DNA of 64,000 bases from a virus (IMGVR_UViG_3300009551_000045:19450-83449); one strand, 5' to 3'; shown: positions 48,803-58,250, counted from the first letter of the stretch. Program-made: numbers and translations. Notes: generated from the letters alone by a model not told the origin.

Positions 48803-48812
48803 TAATTATTTT

Positions 48813-49346
48813 ATGTTAAACCTAAAAGATCTCGCAGGCAAGGTTGAAGCAAATGACATCCAGCAATCTCTAAATAAGAGATTTCCAGATCACAAATATG
48901 TGATATATAATTCATATATATTTGATTGGGAAAGTGATTATTTGTCAGTAAATGAATCTGATTACGTATATGAAGTGGAGATCAAAGTATCGCTCGATGA
49001 CTTCAAAAAAGACTCTCACAAAAAAGAAAAGCATGTACTACTGGAAAATAAATCCTATCCTGAAAAAATGCCTAATAAATTCTTTTATGCCTGTCCCCGT
49101 GGTATTATTCCAACCATCTTCGTACCGGAATATGCGGGTCTCATAGAAGTGGATAGTACGAAAGAAGGGATGGTAGCTGAGGTTACGAAGAATGCTCCGT
49201 TCCTTCATCGAGGAAACATCCTGGAATCAATTAAACCTCTTTTATTGGATAAATTCTATCACAAGTACAAAAGAACGGAATTTGAGAATTATCAGCTACA
49301 AAAGACTGTAATGATGTTACAAGAGCAAATAAAACAAATATCATAA
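48813..49346 (+). CDS. hypothetical early protein
   Basis: 177 aa; first gene of the plus-strand block. Confidence 0.45.
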   Translation: MLNLKDLAGKVEANDIQQSLNKRFPDHKYVIYNSYIFDWESDYLSVNESDYVYEVEIKVSLDDFKKDSHKKEKHVLLENKSYPEKMPNKFFYACPRGIIPTIFVPEYAGLIEVDSTKEGMVAEVTKNAPFLHRGNILESIKPLLLDKFYHKYKRTEFENYQLQKTVMMLQEQIKQIS

Positions 49347-49347
49347 T

Positions 49348-49653
49348 ATGGATTCCTTATTGAAAGAAATTACTCTCAAAAAAGTTGTTGCATATAAAGC
49401 ATATTCATCCGATGGATATGTTCACACGATAATGGGTTATTATCGTAGTTCTGCTTCTGCCGAAATAGAAGGGAAGAAACATCAGGGAGGATTTGAACGT
49501 GAAGAACTTTTTACAGATGGTTCTAAATTGTACGAAATTAAATGTGTTGCAAATTATTTTGCCGATGATATAGAAGGAGTGATACGAGAACAAATAGAAT
49601 CAATCAAAAGAAAACTTACTCCATCAGAACTTGAATTACTTGGAATAAAATAA
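49348..49653 (+). CDS. hypothetical protein
   Basis: 101 aa. Confidence 0.45.
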   Translation: MDSLLKEITLKKVVAYKAYSSDGYVHTIMGYYRSSASAEIEGKKHQGGFEREELFTDGSKLYEIKCVANYFADDIEGVIREQIESIKRKLTPSELELLGIK

Positions 49654-49659
49654 AAATAC

Positions 49660-49854
49660 ATGAAAACAATTCAGAAAGGAACAATAGTCAAGAGAACCGA
49701 CAACGAAACAGCCGATCATTTAGTTAAAAATGGCGGATATCAATTTGTACCGAAGAGTACCTGGAAAGTAATTCGTGATGCCGAAAAAGAAGTAGTGAAG
49801 AAAGACATCGTAAAAACTACTCCGCTTCGAATAAAGAAAAATAATAAGAAATGA
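49660..49854 (+). CDS. hypothetical small basic protein
   Basis: 64 aa. Confidence 0.4.
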   Translation: MKTIQKGTIVKRTDNETADHLVKNGGYQFVPKSTWKVIRDAEKEVVKKDIVKTTPLRIKKNNKK

Positions 49855-50357
49855 ACTTTAGTATTCATTTAATAGAATTTGATTATAGTTGGGATGTATT
49901 GAGCAAAATTACAAAATGGGACGAAGATACATTTGTTTTTGAAAGGCTTCATCCAAAAGAATTACGATGGACTAAAAAAGATAGAAATATCTTCTTTAAT
50001 AAAGAAAAAGGCAGAGCCGTTTGGATGATAATTAATGATGAACCAATTGCAGAAATATTATGGAATATTGCTCCAGTTGATCCACTGGATGAAATAGAAG
50101 AAAAAGATTGGCCATTGGCTCCCTATATATGGAGTACATCAGTAAAGAAGAAATATCAAGGTAAGGGATATGGAACTCTATTAAAACAAATGTTGTATAA
50201 TCATCTCAGAAATTTAGGTCATAAAGAGGTATACGGACATGCCAGGCAAGGATCCAGTTGGAATATAACAGAAAAATTAGGTGCAGAATATTTGTATGCA
50301 ATAGACAATTACGAAGGCACCGGTGAAATGTACTATTATTACAAACAAAAATTATAA
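49851..50357 (+). CDS. GNAT-family N-acetyltransferase
   Basis: KKYQGKGYGTLLKQML resembles the acetyl-CoA-binding motif A (Q/RxxGxG/A). Confidence 0.55.
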   Translation: MNFSIHLIEFDYSWDVLSKITKWDEDTFVFERLHPKELRWTKKDRNIFFNKEKGRAVWMIINDEPIAEILWNIAPVDPLDEIEEKDWPLAPYIWSTSVKKKYQGKGYGTLLKQMLYNHLRNLGHKEVYGHARQGSSWNITEKLGAEYLYAIDNYEGTGEMYYYYKQKL

Positions 50358-50359
50358 CA

Positions 50360-50551
50360 ATGCCTAAGTCAAAGAAATTAAGACCGTCTTCTACAGCTGG
50401 AAGAACCAAGGGTAGCAACTGTCAAAGATCTCAAGGAAAGAACTTATATTGTAAAGATACAATACTATACAGGAAGAATCCCGATTTGTATGCAAAATGT
50501 TGTATAGAAATAGATAATCAGAAGGGAAATCGTCAATCTACATCAAATTAA
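50360..50551 (+). CDS. small basic Cys-containing protein
   Basis: 63 aa. Confidence 0.3.
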   Translation: MPKSKKLRPSSTAGRTKGSNCQRSQGKNLYCKDTILYRKNPDLYAKCCIEIDNQKGNRQSTSN

Positions 50552-50636
50552 TAACTTATATGTCGTATTATGTTTGTGATGTTGAGGGCGACGGGCCATG
50601 TATGGATAGTATTCACTTCAGAATTACATCGATAAA

Positions 50637-50870
50637 ATGAAAAAGAGTAAATACTGTTTTCATATAGGAAGAGTAGTTCCCTTTCAATGGTATCCTACAA
50701 TTGATTTCAGATTTCAGCGATCATTCTATGATTCTAAAGGAGGTATAATGTTTTTTTGGTTGAATTTCTACATAAAGTTAAGAAGACCGGAAGATGATAG
50801 AATAATACCTACCATAGATGGAAAACCATGTTATAAACCAACATTACTAAGTAATATTTTTGGAACATGA
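50637..50870 (+). CDS. hypothetical small protein
   Basis: 77 aa. Confidence 0.3.
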   Translation: MKKSKYCFHIGRVVPFQWYPTIDFRFQRSFYDSKGGIMFFWLNFYIKLRRPEDDRIIPTIDGKPCYKPTLLSNIFGT

Positions 50871-51235
50871 CACTGGAACAAATTAAACTCATAACTGATA
50901 AAATAAAATGTCAGTTGCTTTCTACTACATTCCGGATAAGAGTGGAGCGTGACAATAAAGATCTGGGGAATGGAAGAATATTCATTCAGATGAGTTATGA
51001 TGGGTTCTGTTCTAGAACAGGAGTATTCCAGTATAACTGGCATGGTCGTAAATACTATCTTTCGGATTACATGACAGAAGATGAGATAGTAAAGACATGC
51101 TTCGCGGCTTTTAAAGCAGCGGTTGAACATGAGGTGATGGAGGGTTTTAAAATAAACGATATAACAGTTTTTAATCCACATATTGATCATAAAGAACTTT
51201 TAAAAATATCTCATATAGAGGTAAAAAGAAATTAA
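50867..51235 (+). CDS. hypothetical protein
   Basis: 122 aa. Confidence 0.45.
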   Translation: MTLEQIKLITDKIKCQLLSTTFRIRVERDNKDLGNGRIFIQMSYDGFCSRTGVFQYNWHGRKYYLSDYMTEDEIVKTCFAAFKAAVEHEVMEGFKINDITVFNPHIDHKELLKISHIEVKRN

Positions 51236-51249
51236 GTAATTTAATCCAA

Positions 51250-51987
51250 ATGAACGTTTTTTATCATAATGGTTTGTGTGGTGATATTATATATTCCTTG
51301 CCAACCGTGAAAGCTTTCGGCGGAGGTGTGTTCGTCTCGGGTCTAAAAATGAATTTATACCACGCTATGAAGCCTCTCCTATTAAAACAATCATACATTG
51401 AAAATGTATTACATATTTCTGAAACAGAATTACCTGTTGGCTTCGTAGATCTGAATATATTCAGAATGCATCCGGAAGTAGACAAAATACATTTAGTAGA
51501 TGCACATTTGGAATCATTTCGATTACCAAGATACGATTGGAGCCAGGGAGGATGGTTGGAAATACCATGCAATGATGCTGATTGGGGATTCGCTGTCATA
51601 AGTAAAACTCCTAGATATTTGGATAAAAGTTTTAATTGGAAAAAAGAAGTAAATTATCTTAGGAAATATTTTGGTGAGTATGTATACTTTATGGGTTTAC
51701 AAAATGAATATGTTGATTTTATAAAAAAATATGGACATGTACATTTGCGCAAATCTACAGATTTTTTGGAAGCGGCTCAGATTATATATAAAGCAGATAC
51801 ATTTACAGGAAATCAATCTGTAATGATGGCTATACGTCAGGGATTAGGATTACCATATCGGCTTCATCGATCACCATATATGGCAAATTGTAATCAGTGG
51901 TCGAAAAATGAAACGATTATAAATCCAGTTAGTAGGAAGATACATATACTAGGTGCAGCCGTAAAGAAAGTGATGAATAATGCGTAG
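51250..51987 (+). CDS. possible glycosyltransferase-like protein
   Basis: NGLCGDIIYSLPTVKAFGGG N-terminal pattern resembles GT9-type transferases; weak. Confidence 0.3.
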   Translation: MNVFYHNGLCGDIIYSLPTVKAFGGGVFVSGLKMNLYHAMKPLLLKQSYIENVLHISETELPVGFVDLNIFRMHPEVDKIHLVDAHLESFRLPRYDWSQGGWLEIPCNDADWGFAVISKTPRYLDKSFNWKKEVNYLRKYFGEYVYFMGLQNEYVDFIKKYGHVHLRKSTDFLEAAQIIYKADTFTGNQSVMMAIRQGLGLPYRLHRSPYMANCNQWSKNETIINPVSRKIHILGAAVKKVMNNA

Positions 51988-52834
51988 AAGAATATTCGTA
52001 TTCGGATCCAATACGGAAGGTAGACATGGTAAAGGAGCGGCTCTAGAAGCCAGGAATAAATACGGAGCGATATATGGACAGGCTAGAGGATTACAGGGAG
52101 ATTCATATGCAATAGTCACAAAAGATCTGAGTAAGGGTTTGAGAAGTATACTTCTACTGGATATAGCAAAAGAAGTTCTTGAATTTATTGAGTTCGCAAA
52201 ATTTCATCCGAATTGGGATTTTATTTTATCTCCAATAGGATGTGGAAACGCTGGATATAAACCAAGAGAAATAGCTCCACTATTTAAATACGCTCCAAGC
52301 AATGTATGGCTTCCAGATGTGTTTAAAGAGGAACTAGAAGGTGGTATTATTATGGCAGCCACCGGTCATAGGCCGGATAAGTTAGGAAAAGAGTATGATT
52401 ATGAAGGTCCATATTCAAATTATATTCTTGATAGATTCAGTGGTATATTAACAGAATATAAACCGAAGTATATCATAACCGGAATGGCAATCGGAGTAGA
52501 TACGTTGTGGGTATTATCTGCTATTATGAATAACATTCCATTCATCGCAGCTATTCCTTTCAAAGGTCAAGAACATAAATGGAAAGATCATCAGAAAGAG
52601 TTATATAAAAATATATTAGATCATCCATTGTGTATAGAAAAACAGTATATTTGTGATCCAGGATATGCTCCATGGAAGATGCAAAAAAGAAATGAATGGA
52701 TGGTAGATAGATGTGAAATATTGGTACAAGTGTGGGATGGTACAGATGGAGGGACTGCTAACTGTGTCAGATATGCAACGAAAGTTCAACGAAAAAGAAT
52801 AAATGTAGATTTAACTAAAATTCAAATATTATGA
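51980..52834 (+). CDS. two-domain Rossmann-like protein: N-terminal GSNxxGxHGxGAA domain plus C-terminal SLOG/DprA-like domain
   Basis: IFVFGSNTEGRHGKGAALEARNKYGA... in the N-terminal half; YIITGMAIGVDTLWVLSAI...IPF in the C-terminal half resembles the DprA/Smf/YpsA signature (G.A.GID..A). Confidence 0.45.
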   Translation: MRRRIFVFGSNTEGRHGKGAALEARNKYGAIYGQARGLQGDSYAIVTKDLSKGLRSILLLDIAKEVLEFIEFAKFHPNWDFILSPIGCGNAGYKPREIAPLFKYAPSNVWLPDVFKEELEGGIIMAATGHRPDKLGKEYDYEGPYSNYILDRFSGILTEYKPKYIITGMAIGVDTLWVLSAIMNNIPFIAAIPFKGQEHKWKDHQKELYKNILDHPLCIEKQYICDPGYAPWKMQKRNEWMVDRCEILVQVWDGTDGGTANCVRYATKVQRKRINVDLTKIQIL

Positions 52835-53121
52835 AAACAAAAAACAAGGTAATTTTAATCGGAGCGGTTGCACTAGGCTCTATCGGATTTTTCTCTTATA
52901 AAGCATTATCGAATAAAAATGAAGATTCAAAAATAGTAGTCATTAAAATGACAGTAGATCAGGCACAATATGTTTTAAATGCTCTTGCAGATAAACCTTA
53001 CAAAGAAGCAGCTGATCTAATCGAAAGTATAAGTTATCAAGCTAAAAGTCAATTAAATCCTCTTAAAGTAGATTCGTCTAATATAAAGAAAGATTCTACA
53101 CATAATCAAAAGAAAAAGTAA
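52831..53121 (+). CDS. small membrane-anchored protein
   Basis: 96 aa with an N-terminal TM helix. Confidence 0.4.
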   Translation: MKTKNKVILIGAVALGSIGFFSYKALSNKNEDSKIVVIKMTVDQAQYVLNALADKPYKEAADLIESISYQAKSQLNPLKVDSSNIKKDSTHNQKKK

Positions 53122-53123
53122 GC

Positions 53124-53360
53124 ATGAAACCGATAGAGTTTAAAGGATTCAATAAAATATTAGCTAAAGATCAACCACAATATCAACCTCTTCCCGTTTT
53201 ATGGGAGGCGGATGGTAGAGTAACATCTTGTTGGAAACTTTCTTTGAAGGAAAGACTTAAGGTTTTGTTCGGAGGAAAATTGTGGCTATCTCAATTGACC
53301 TTCAATCAGAAATTACAACCACAACTACCTTTGGTAGATGATCCAATTATTATAAATTAA
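53124..53360 (+). CDS. hypothetical protein
   Basis: 78 aa. Confidence 0.4.
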   Translation: MKPIEFKGFNKILAKDQPQYQPLPVLWEADGRVTSCWKLSLKERLKVLFGGKLWLSQLTFNQKLQPQLPLVDDPIIIN

Positions 53361-53373
53361 AAACAAAAATAAA

Positions 53374-53745
53374 ATGTCAGACAACATCACAAAAGCGAGG
53401 GACTTCCTCAAATCGTATTTAGAAAGAAACAACACACATCTCGGAGAACATTCTGCGGTATTAGCTTTAGCGGAATATGGAGATCAATTTGGAATAGATG
53501 ATACAGAGACGCGTAAATTAAATGATAAGATACGTGATTTGGAAGATCAAGCAACTGGTGATCTTGAAAAAATTGCAGAACTTGAAAAGAAAGTAGCAGA
53601 TCTCACTGTAGAACGTAGTGAACTTACAAAAAGATTAGTTACAGAAGGTACATCTAAACCAACAACGATTCCTACTGTTACCACGCTAGATGCGACAGCT
53701 TCGAAGGTAGAAGAACCTAAACAACCTGTATCAGGATCAAAATAA
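53374..53745 (+). CDS. hypothetical protein (predicted coiled coil)
   Basis: 123 aa. Confidence 0.45.
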   Translation: MSDNITKARDFLKSYLERNNTHLGEHSAVLALAEYGDQFGIDDTETRKLNDKIRDLEDQATGDLEKIAELEKKVADLTVERSELTKRLVTEGTSKPTTIPTVTTLDATASKVEEPKQPVSGSK

Positions 53746-53752
53746 TTAATAT

Positions 53753-53977
53753 ATGAAATTGATAGTAACAGTTCTATTTGTATTTTGTGTTATATTACTA
53801 TTATTTGGTGGTATATGTCTAGGATTTATTGGTCTTAGTCAACCGTCTATACTAGATAATATAGGTGGATTGGGAGTAATAGTAGCAATTGGGCTATTTT
53901 GTTTCATAGGTCTTAAATATTTTTTTATCACAAAAAGCAAAAACAATGACACAAACAACATCGACAGCGACAATTAG
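53753..53977 (+). CDS. small two-TM membrane protein
   Basis: 74 aa. Confidence 0.4.
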   Translation: MKLIVTVLFVFCVILLLFGGICLGFIGLSQPSILDNIGGLGVIVAIGLFCFIGLKYFFITKSKNNDTNNIDSDN

Positions 53978-54842
53978 AAATTGGGTTATAGCAGGTGTAG
54001 TAACACTAACTATGACCATTCTCCTGGCAAAAGGATGTAACAGAATCAATCCTACAGAAGTAGGATTCAAGATTAGTAACTCTGGAGATTATCGTGGAAT
54101 AGATAGCCTTCCTCTGGTTACAGGATGGCAATTTACGATGCCAGGCTTTACCTACATCGTAACGATACCAACTACTCAACAACATGTTGTATGGACAGCT
54201 TCAACTGAAGAAGGTTCTCCTTCGAACCAGGAGATTACTGTATCCTGCCAAGGCGGAGCCGGATTCAAGATGGATGTAGGATTCAACTATCGAGTTAATC
54301 CAAACAAAGCTTCGAAGATCTATTTGAAGTACCGTACAAGTGATTTAAGCTCTATTACGAGCACTTATCTTAGAAATGTGGTAAGAGGTACTATGCAGGA
54401 TCTTTCTGGCACCATGACGGTAGATAGTATCTTAAATAACCTTCCATACTATGAACACACTGTAGCAGATATGCTTACGGAACGTCTTGCGAAAGAAGGA
54501 TTCCTCGTGGATAACTTCAATATTACTAAGCAGCCTATTCCAACTGATAAGAATCTTGCTGATGCCATCAATGCCAAGATAAAGGCTAAACAAGATGCTG
54601 AAACCAGCAAAATGCAACTGCAACAATCTATTGCAGAAGCCAATAAACTTGTAGCAGTAGCTCGAGGAGATAGTGCCTCTAAGGTGATCAATGCTCTGGC
54701 AGACGCTGAAGTAATTAAGGTAAAGACACAGAGTCTGACGGCTTCGCCTCAATATATCGAGCTTGTAAAAGCAGAGAAATGGGACGGTAAGCTTCCACAG
54801 GTACAAGGTACAAGTACACCATTTATTAACTTTAAAAATTAA
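53946..54842 (+). CDS. SPFH / band-7 (prohibitin/HflKC-like) domain protein
   Basis: N-terminal TM helix, then NPTEVGFKISNSG... and a C-terminal coiled-coil region (AKIKAKQDAETSKMQLQQSIAEANKLVAVARGDSA) typical of SPFH proteins. Confidence 0.6.
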   Translation: MTQTTSTATIRNWVIAGVVTLTMTILLAKGCNRINPTEVGFKISNSGDYRGIDSLPLVTGWQFTMPGFTYIVTIPTTQQHVVWTASTEEGSPSNQEITVSCQGGAGFKMDVGFNYRVNPNKASKIYLKYRTSDLSSITSTYLRNVVRGTMQDLSGTMTVDSILNNLPYYEHTVADMLTERLAKEGFLVDNFNITKQPIPTDKNLADAINAKIKAKQDAETSKMQLQQSIAEANKLVAVARGDSASKVINALADAEVIKVKTQSLTASPQYIELVKAEKWDGKLPQVQGTSTPFINFKN

Positions 54843-54847
54843 ATATA

Positions 54848-55189
54848 ATGGTAACAACAGCAGGTCCAATTTATGAAAAAGCTAACCGTTCAAGAGTCAT
54901 AGATTCCTTCGTTGATGTAAAATCTTCATCTACAGAATATTCATTGAATAACATATCCGATAAAATCGAAGATAAAAATATCAAATTTGCAGCAATTTTG
55001 GATGAATTGGAGACACTTATTTTAAAAATGTCTACAGATAATTATCTGAATGATAAATATGATAATGGTGAAGAGAGAGAATTACGACCGGGAGGAATTC
55101 TTCATATGATTGAAGGTAGAATAGATACCTATTCACTGTTAACAGAGAGATTTTATAAGGCTAAAGAAATTTTAAAAACGCTCATCTAA
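54848..55189 (+). CDS. hypothetical protein
   Basis: 113 aa. Confidence 0.45.
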   Translation: MVTTAGPIYEKANRSRVIDSFVDVKSSSTEYSLNNISDKIEDKNIKFAAILDELETLILKMSTDNYLNDKYDNGEERELRPGGILHMIEGRIDTYSLLTERFYKAKEILKTLI

Positions 55190-55210
55190 TTACTATGCGT
55201 CTTGCTTTTT

Positions 55211-55240
55211 GCCAGGCGTGTCTACACCAGGGATTTATTT
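55211..55240 (+). terminator. GTGTCTAC-motif element plus T-rich tract (terminator-like)
   Basis: gccaggcgtgtctacaccagggatttattt shares its core with the terminators at 58468 and 61061; the stem is weaker here. Confidence 0.3.
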
Positions 55241-55254
55241 AAAAAATCATTTGT

Positions 55255-55716
55255 ATGACAGATAAAAAAGAATTTACCATGAAAAATGGGCTTATTTTGA
55301 TAGGTACTATGTTGTTTTTAACAACAGTATTTGTCATAGTCCTAAATCATTTATCGCATATTAGTAAAGAGAATTCTATACCAATAGACGATAGTATTCA
55401 GAAAGTACTGAATGATACTTTACAGATAAATGCCGGAGAGATTGGTAAGCATAAAGATACACTGTACTTTGATTCATTCACTTGTATAAATAACTACTGC
55501 AAACTATACAAAGGTAATAAAGTGGTACGAGAAATGCCCGGTGGAATATCTCCAGGGCCAAATGAAGTATTCATCTTCAAGCAGGTGACAATAGGATGGA
55601 CATGGATGCATGTGATCAATTATCCTTCTAAAGAAACAAACTTCCAGGCTACTGGATATCAAAAAGATCCAAGGAATTTAAAAGGTGGAGATACTATTAT
55701 GATAACTAATAAATAG
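55255..55716 (+). CDS. secreted or membrane-anchored protein
   Basis: 153 aa with an N-terminal TM helix or signal peptide. Confidence 0.45.
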   Translation: MTDKKEFTMKNGLILIGTMLFLTTVFVIVLNHLSHISKENSIPIDDSIQKVLNDTLQINAGEIGKHKDTLYFDSFTCINNYCKLYKGNKVVREMPGGISPGPNEVFIFKQVTIGWTWMHVINYPSKETNFQATGYQKDPRNLKGGDTIMITNK

Positions 55717-55723
55717 AATATTT

Positions 55724-56008
55724 ATGTTAAAATTTATAGCTATAATAACAGGCGTTTTTATTGTTGGAGCATTGATATTCATAACTTATAGCGTTACAAA
55801 AGATGTAAAACCACGATTAAAGACAATGTATGTCGAACAGATAGGACGTTTGGCCCAACAATTTAGATACGAACAAGATGCTGTATTTCTTTCTCAGATT
55901 ACAGATAAACAAATGCAATCAGCTATAGAAATGTACAAAAATCTTAGCGAAGCCCGTTCTAAAAGAAGCTATGCTGAAATGAAAGCAGTACTTGATAAAT
56001 ATAAATAA
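55724..56008 (+). CDS. small membrane-anchored protein
   Basis: 94 aa. Confidence 0.45.
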   Translation: MLKFIAIITGVFIVGALIFITYSVTKDVKPRLKTMYVEQIGRLAQQFRYEQDAVFLSQITDKQMQSAIEMYKNLSEARSKRSYAEMKAVLDKYK

Positions 56009-56014
56009 CAAACA

Positions 56015-56665
56015 ATGAGTGTATATAAAAGAAGTGTGCATACAGATGCATTAGCGACGTTAGGAACGCTTATCGATGATAAACCAGGGAGAGATGCCAT
56101 TCACCTGGCAGTAGAGCCTGTAATAGCCGGAGAAAGGCTTTTTCCAGGACAAGACATAGGTCTTGGAGAAGATGGCAAGGCATATGCTCATTCAGGTGTA
56201 AAGAAAGTAGGGATCGTGGATCCCTTTCTGAAAGAACCTATTTGGGAAGATAAGAGATTCTGGCTTATTGTATATCCAAGGACTATTACTAGCCTTCGAC
56301 ATGTATGGGAGCATCCTGATTTCGATAAAGAAAACGAAGATAGAGCATATGCAGAACCTCAAATAAAAAAGCCTTCTAAGAAGAAATTAAAGAATGAAGA
56401 TTTAATGGAAGAAGTCACACAGGATTCTATAGAATGGATAAAAACATTTGCCGGTAAAATAAGACAGGACTATGATGATCTTATGACTGCAGCAAACAAG
56501 TGGATAAATACAGATGATGGTAGATGGGGAGGCGAATATACCTATGATAACTCTGAAAGTTATAAAGATCATTATATTGAATTTGAAGAATTCTGGAAGC
56601 ATTATGAGATAGTCACTGGAAAGAAACCATCTGATCCAAGATGCTTTTTTACCTGTGGATGCTAA
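56015..56665 (+). CDS. hypothetical protein
   Basis: 216 aa; C-terminal CFFTCGC. Confidence 0.45.
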   Translation: MSVYKRSVHTDALATLGTLIDDKPGRDAIHLAVEPVIAGERLFPGQDIGLGEDGKAYAHSGVKKVGIVDPFLKEPIWEDKRFWLIVYPRTITSLRHVWEHPDFDKENEDRAYAEPQIKKPSKKKLKNEDLMEEVTQDSIEWIKTFAGKIRQDYDDLMTAANKWINTDDGRWGGEYTYDNSESYKDHYIEFEEFWKHYEIVTGKKPSDPRCFFTCGC

Positions 56666-56676
56666 AATATAAATAA

Positions 56677-56886
56677 ATGAAATCGATATTTTTATCAATG
56701 GCTGTAATATTTTTCGTGTGTGGTGGAATAGCTTTAGAAAATCTAGCCTTGACAAGGGATGGAGTTGTGATCCCACACTACAGACAAACAGGATGGGGAA
56801 CTTTAATATTCTGTTATATCGTAGGACTAGCATTAATTCTATACGTTTGTAAACCAATTTTAAAAGACGATGAAAAAAAGTATTAG
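56677..56886 (+). CDS. small membrane protein
   Basis: 69 aa, two TM helices. Confidence 0.4.
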   Translation: MKSIFLSMAVIFFVCGGIALENLALTRDGVVIPHYRQTGWGTLIFCYIVGLALILYVCKPILKDDEKKY

Positions 56887-57130
56887 AATATTGGTATCTC
56901 CAATCGTATTTGTGTTCGGAAGTATAATTGGAATGTTCATATTTGGATTAGGAGGGTTCATGGGTCCCTTTATTGCATTAGGATGTTGGTTAAGACCTAT
57001 ATCCGAAGATTATACCGTATTCGATAAAAGAAATGATATTAAAGATAGTCTGTGGATATTTATTTGTTGCTTTCTTATGCCGTTCTATTCGGTATATGAA
57101 TGGATAAGAGAAGGAACATTTTTAAAATAA
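56870..57130 (+). CDS. small membrane protein
   Basis: 86 aa, 2-3 TM helices. Confidence 0.4.
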   Translation: MKKSIRILVSPIVFVFGSIIGMFIFGLGGFMGPFIALGCWLRPISEDYTVFDKRNDIKDSLWIFICCFLMPFYSVYEWIREGTFLK

Positions 57131-57236
57131 AAAAGATGGAACAGAAAGAAATAATTGAAGGTAACGAAATTATAGATGCGTTCATGGGCGGATATAAGAG
57201 GGATATGGAGATTTAATATGGGATCATGCACATTAC

Positions 57237-57611
57237 ATGTCTCCGCTAGTTTGTAAATACCCTTCTGAACTTGAATACGACAAAAATTGGTCGTGGATTA
57301 TGCCAGTCCTCGAAAGAATCAATAATCTCAGAATATGGCGACAAGATAGAAAGGAGCTTTTGATGTTTTCAAAAATAGATGTAAACATAGGATTGGATGC
57401 ATATTATAGAAGAACCAGAGTGAGTATTCTTGGGAGTATCACATATTGTCAGAATGATTCCATTCCATATTCTTACAAAACAATTGAGGTTCCTCACATG
57501 GTAAAACACGGAGAATCTCCTATTGAGACTATCTGGCTGGCCGTCGTAGACTTCATCCGCTGGTACAATCAATCAACACATGAATTGGATCTTCCTGGAT
57601 ATAAGAAGTAA
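57237..57611 (+). CDS. hypothetical protein
   Basis: 124 aa. Confidence 0.4.
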   Translation: MSPLVCKYPSELEYDKNWSWIMPVLERINNLRIWRQDRKELLMFSKIDVNIGLDAYYRRTRVSILGSITYCQNDSIPYSYKTIEVPHMVKHGESPIETIWLAVVDFIRWYNQSTHELDLPGYKK

Positions 57612-57837
57612 GCAAGATACTCGCAATGTAGTATTAGCCTCTGCGACATTATACAATCGCATAAAGGAGCTTCTTACTCCAGAAGATAATATATCCTGTC
57701 CTGAACATGTCCTAGATATATATAAAAGTACCCTACTGCCTGTAACAAATAAAGATGGAGATGAGATTCATGCCGTGATTATGGACAAAGATCCCTTCAA
57801 AAATATAAATACAACTATCGATTATGATAGAAAATGA
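57580..57837 (+). CDS. hypothetical protein
   Basis: 85 aa; overlaps the upstream ORF by 32 nt, so the start is uncertain. Confidence 0.35.
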   Translation: MNWIFLDIRSKQDTRNVVLASATLYNRIKELLTPEDNISCPEHVLDIYKSTLLPVTNKDGDEIHAVIMDKDPFKNINTTIDYDRK

Positions 57838-58060
57838 TCATCAGTTAACTCGATCTGACATGATAGATATTCTTATCGATGTCTTGTATACAAAATATGT
57901 TATTTATTGTAATGATTGTGGTAAAGTGAAAACTTCCGGTATGGAAAATAAGGTACAATTCGCTATAAAATTGTATGAAGAAGGTTGGAGAGGTTATAAT
58001 TCATCTAAACATTATTGTCCTACATGTATAAAAATAAACAAAAATGACATTCAAATTTAA
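57824..58060 (+). CDS. zinc-ribbon small protein
   Basis: CNDCGK...CPTC. Confidence 0.4.
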   Translation: MIENDHQLTRSDMIDILIDVLYTKYVIYCNDCGKVKTSGMENKVQFAIKLYEEGWRGYNSSKHYCPTCIKINKNDIQI

Positions 58061-58250
58061 AGAAAATGCCAAAGACTTCTGTCAAACAGGTACTGAAGAC
58101 TTCTGGTATGCACTATTCGATGGTGGATATGTGGAAGTAGAAGGGATCCTGGCAGATGAAACACAGCTAAATGAAGTGATTAAAGCTGTACAATTACTTG
58201 AACAATTCAAAAATCAACTGGAAAATGCCGGGATATATGAGCCCTGTTAA
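58044..58250 (+). CDS. hypothetical small protein
   Basis: 68 aa. Confidence 0.4.
   Translation: MTFKFKENAKDFCQTGTEDFWYALFDGGYVEVEGILADETQLNEVIKAVQLLEQFKNQLENAGIYEPC

Noticed and set aside
57237-57837. Programmed frameshift joining ORFs 57237..57611 and 57580..57837
   Set aside because: The overlap of only 32 nt has no slippery heptamer, and both ORFs have their own start. Treated as ordinary overlapping genes.
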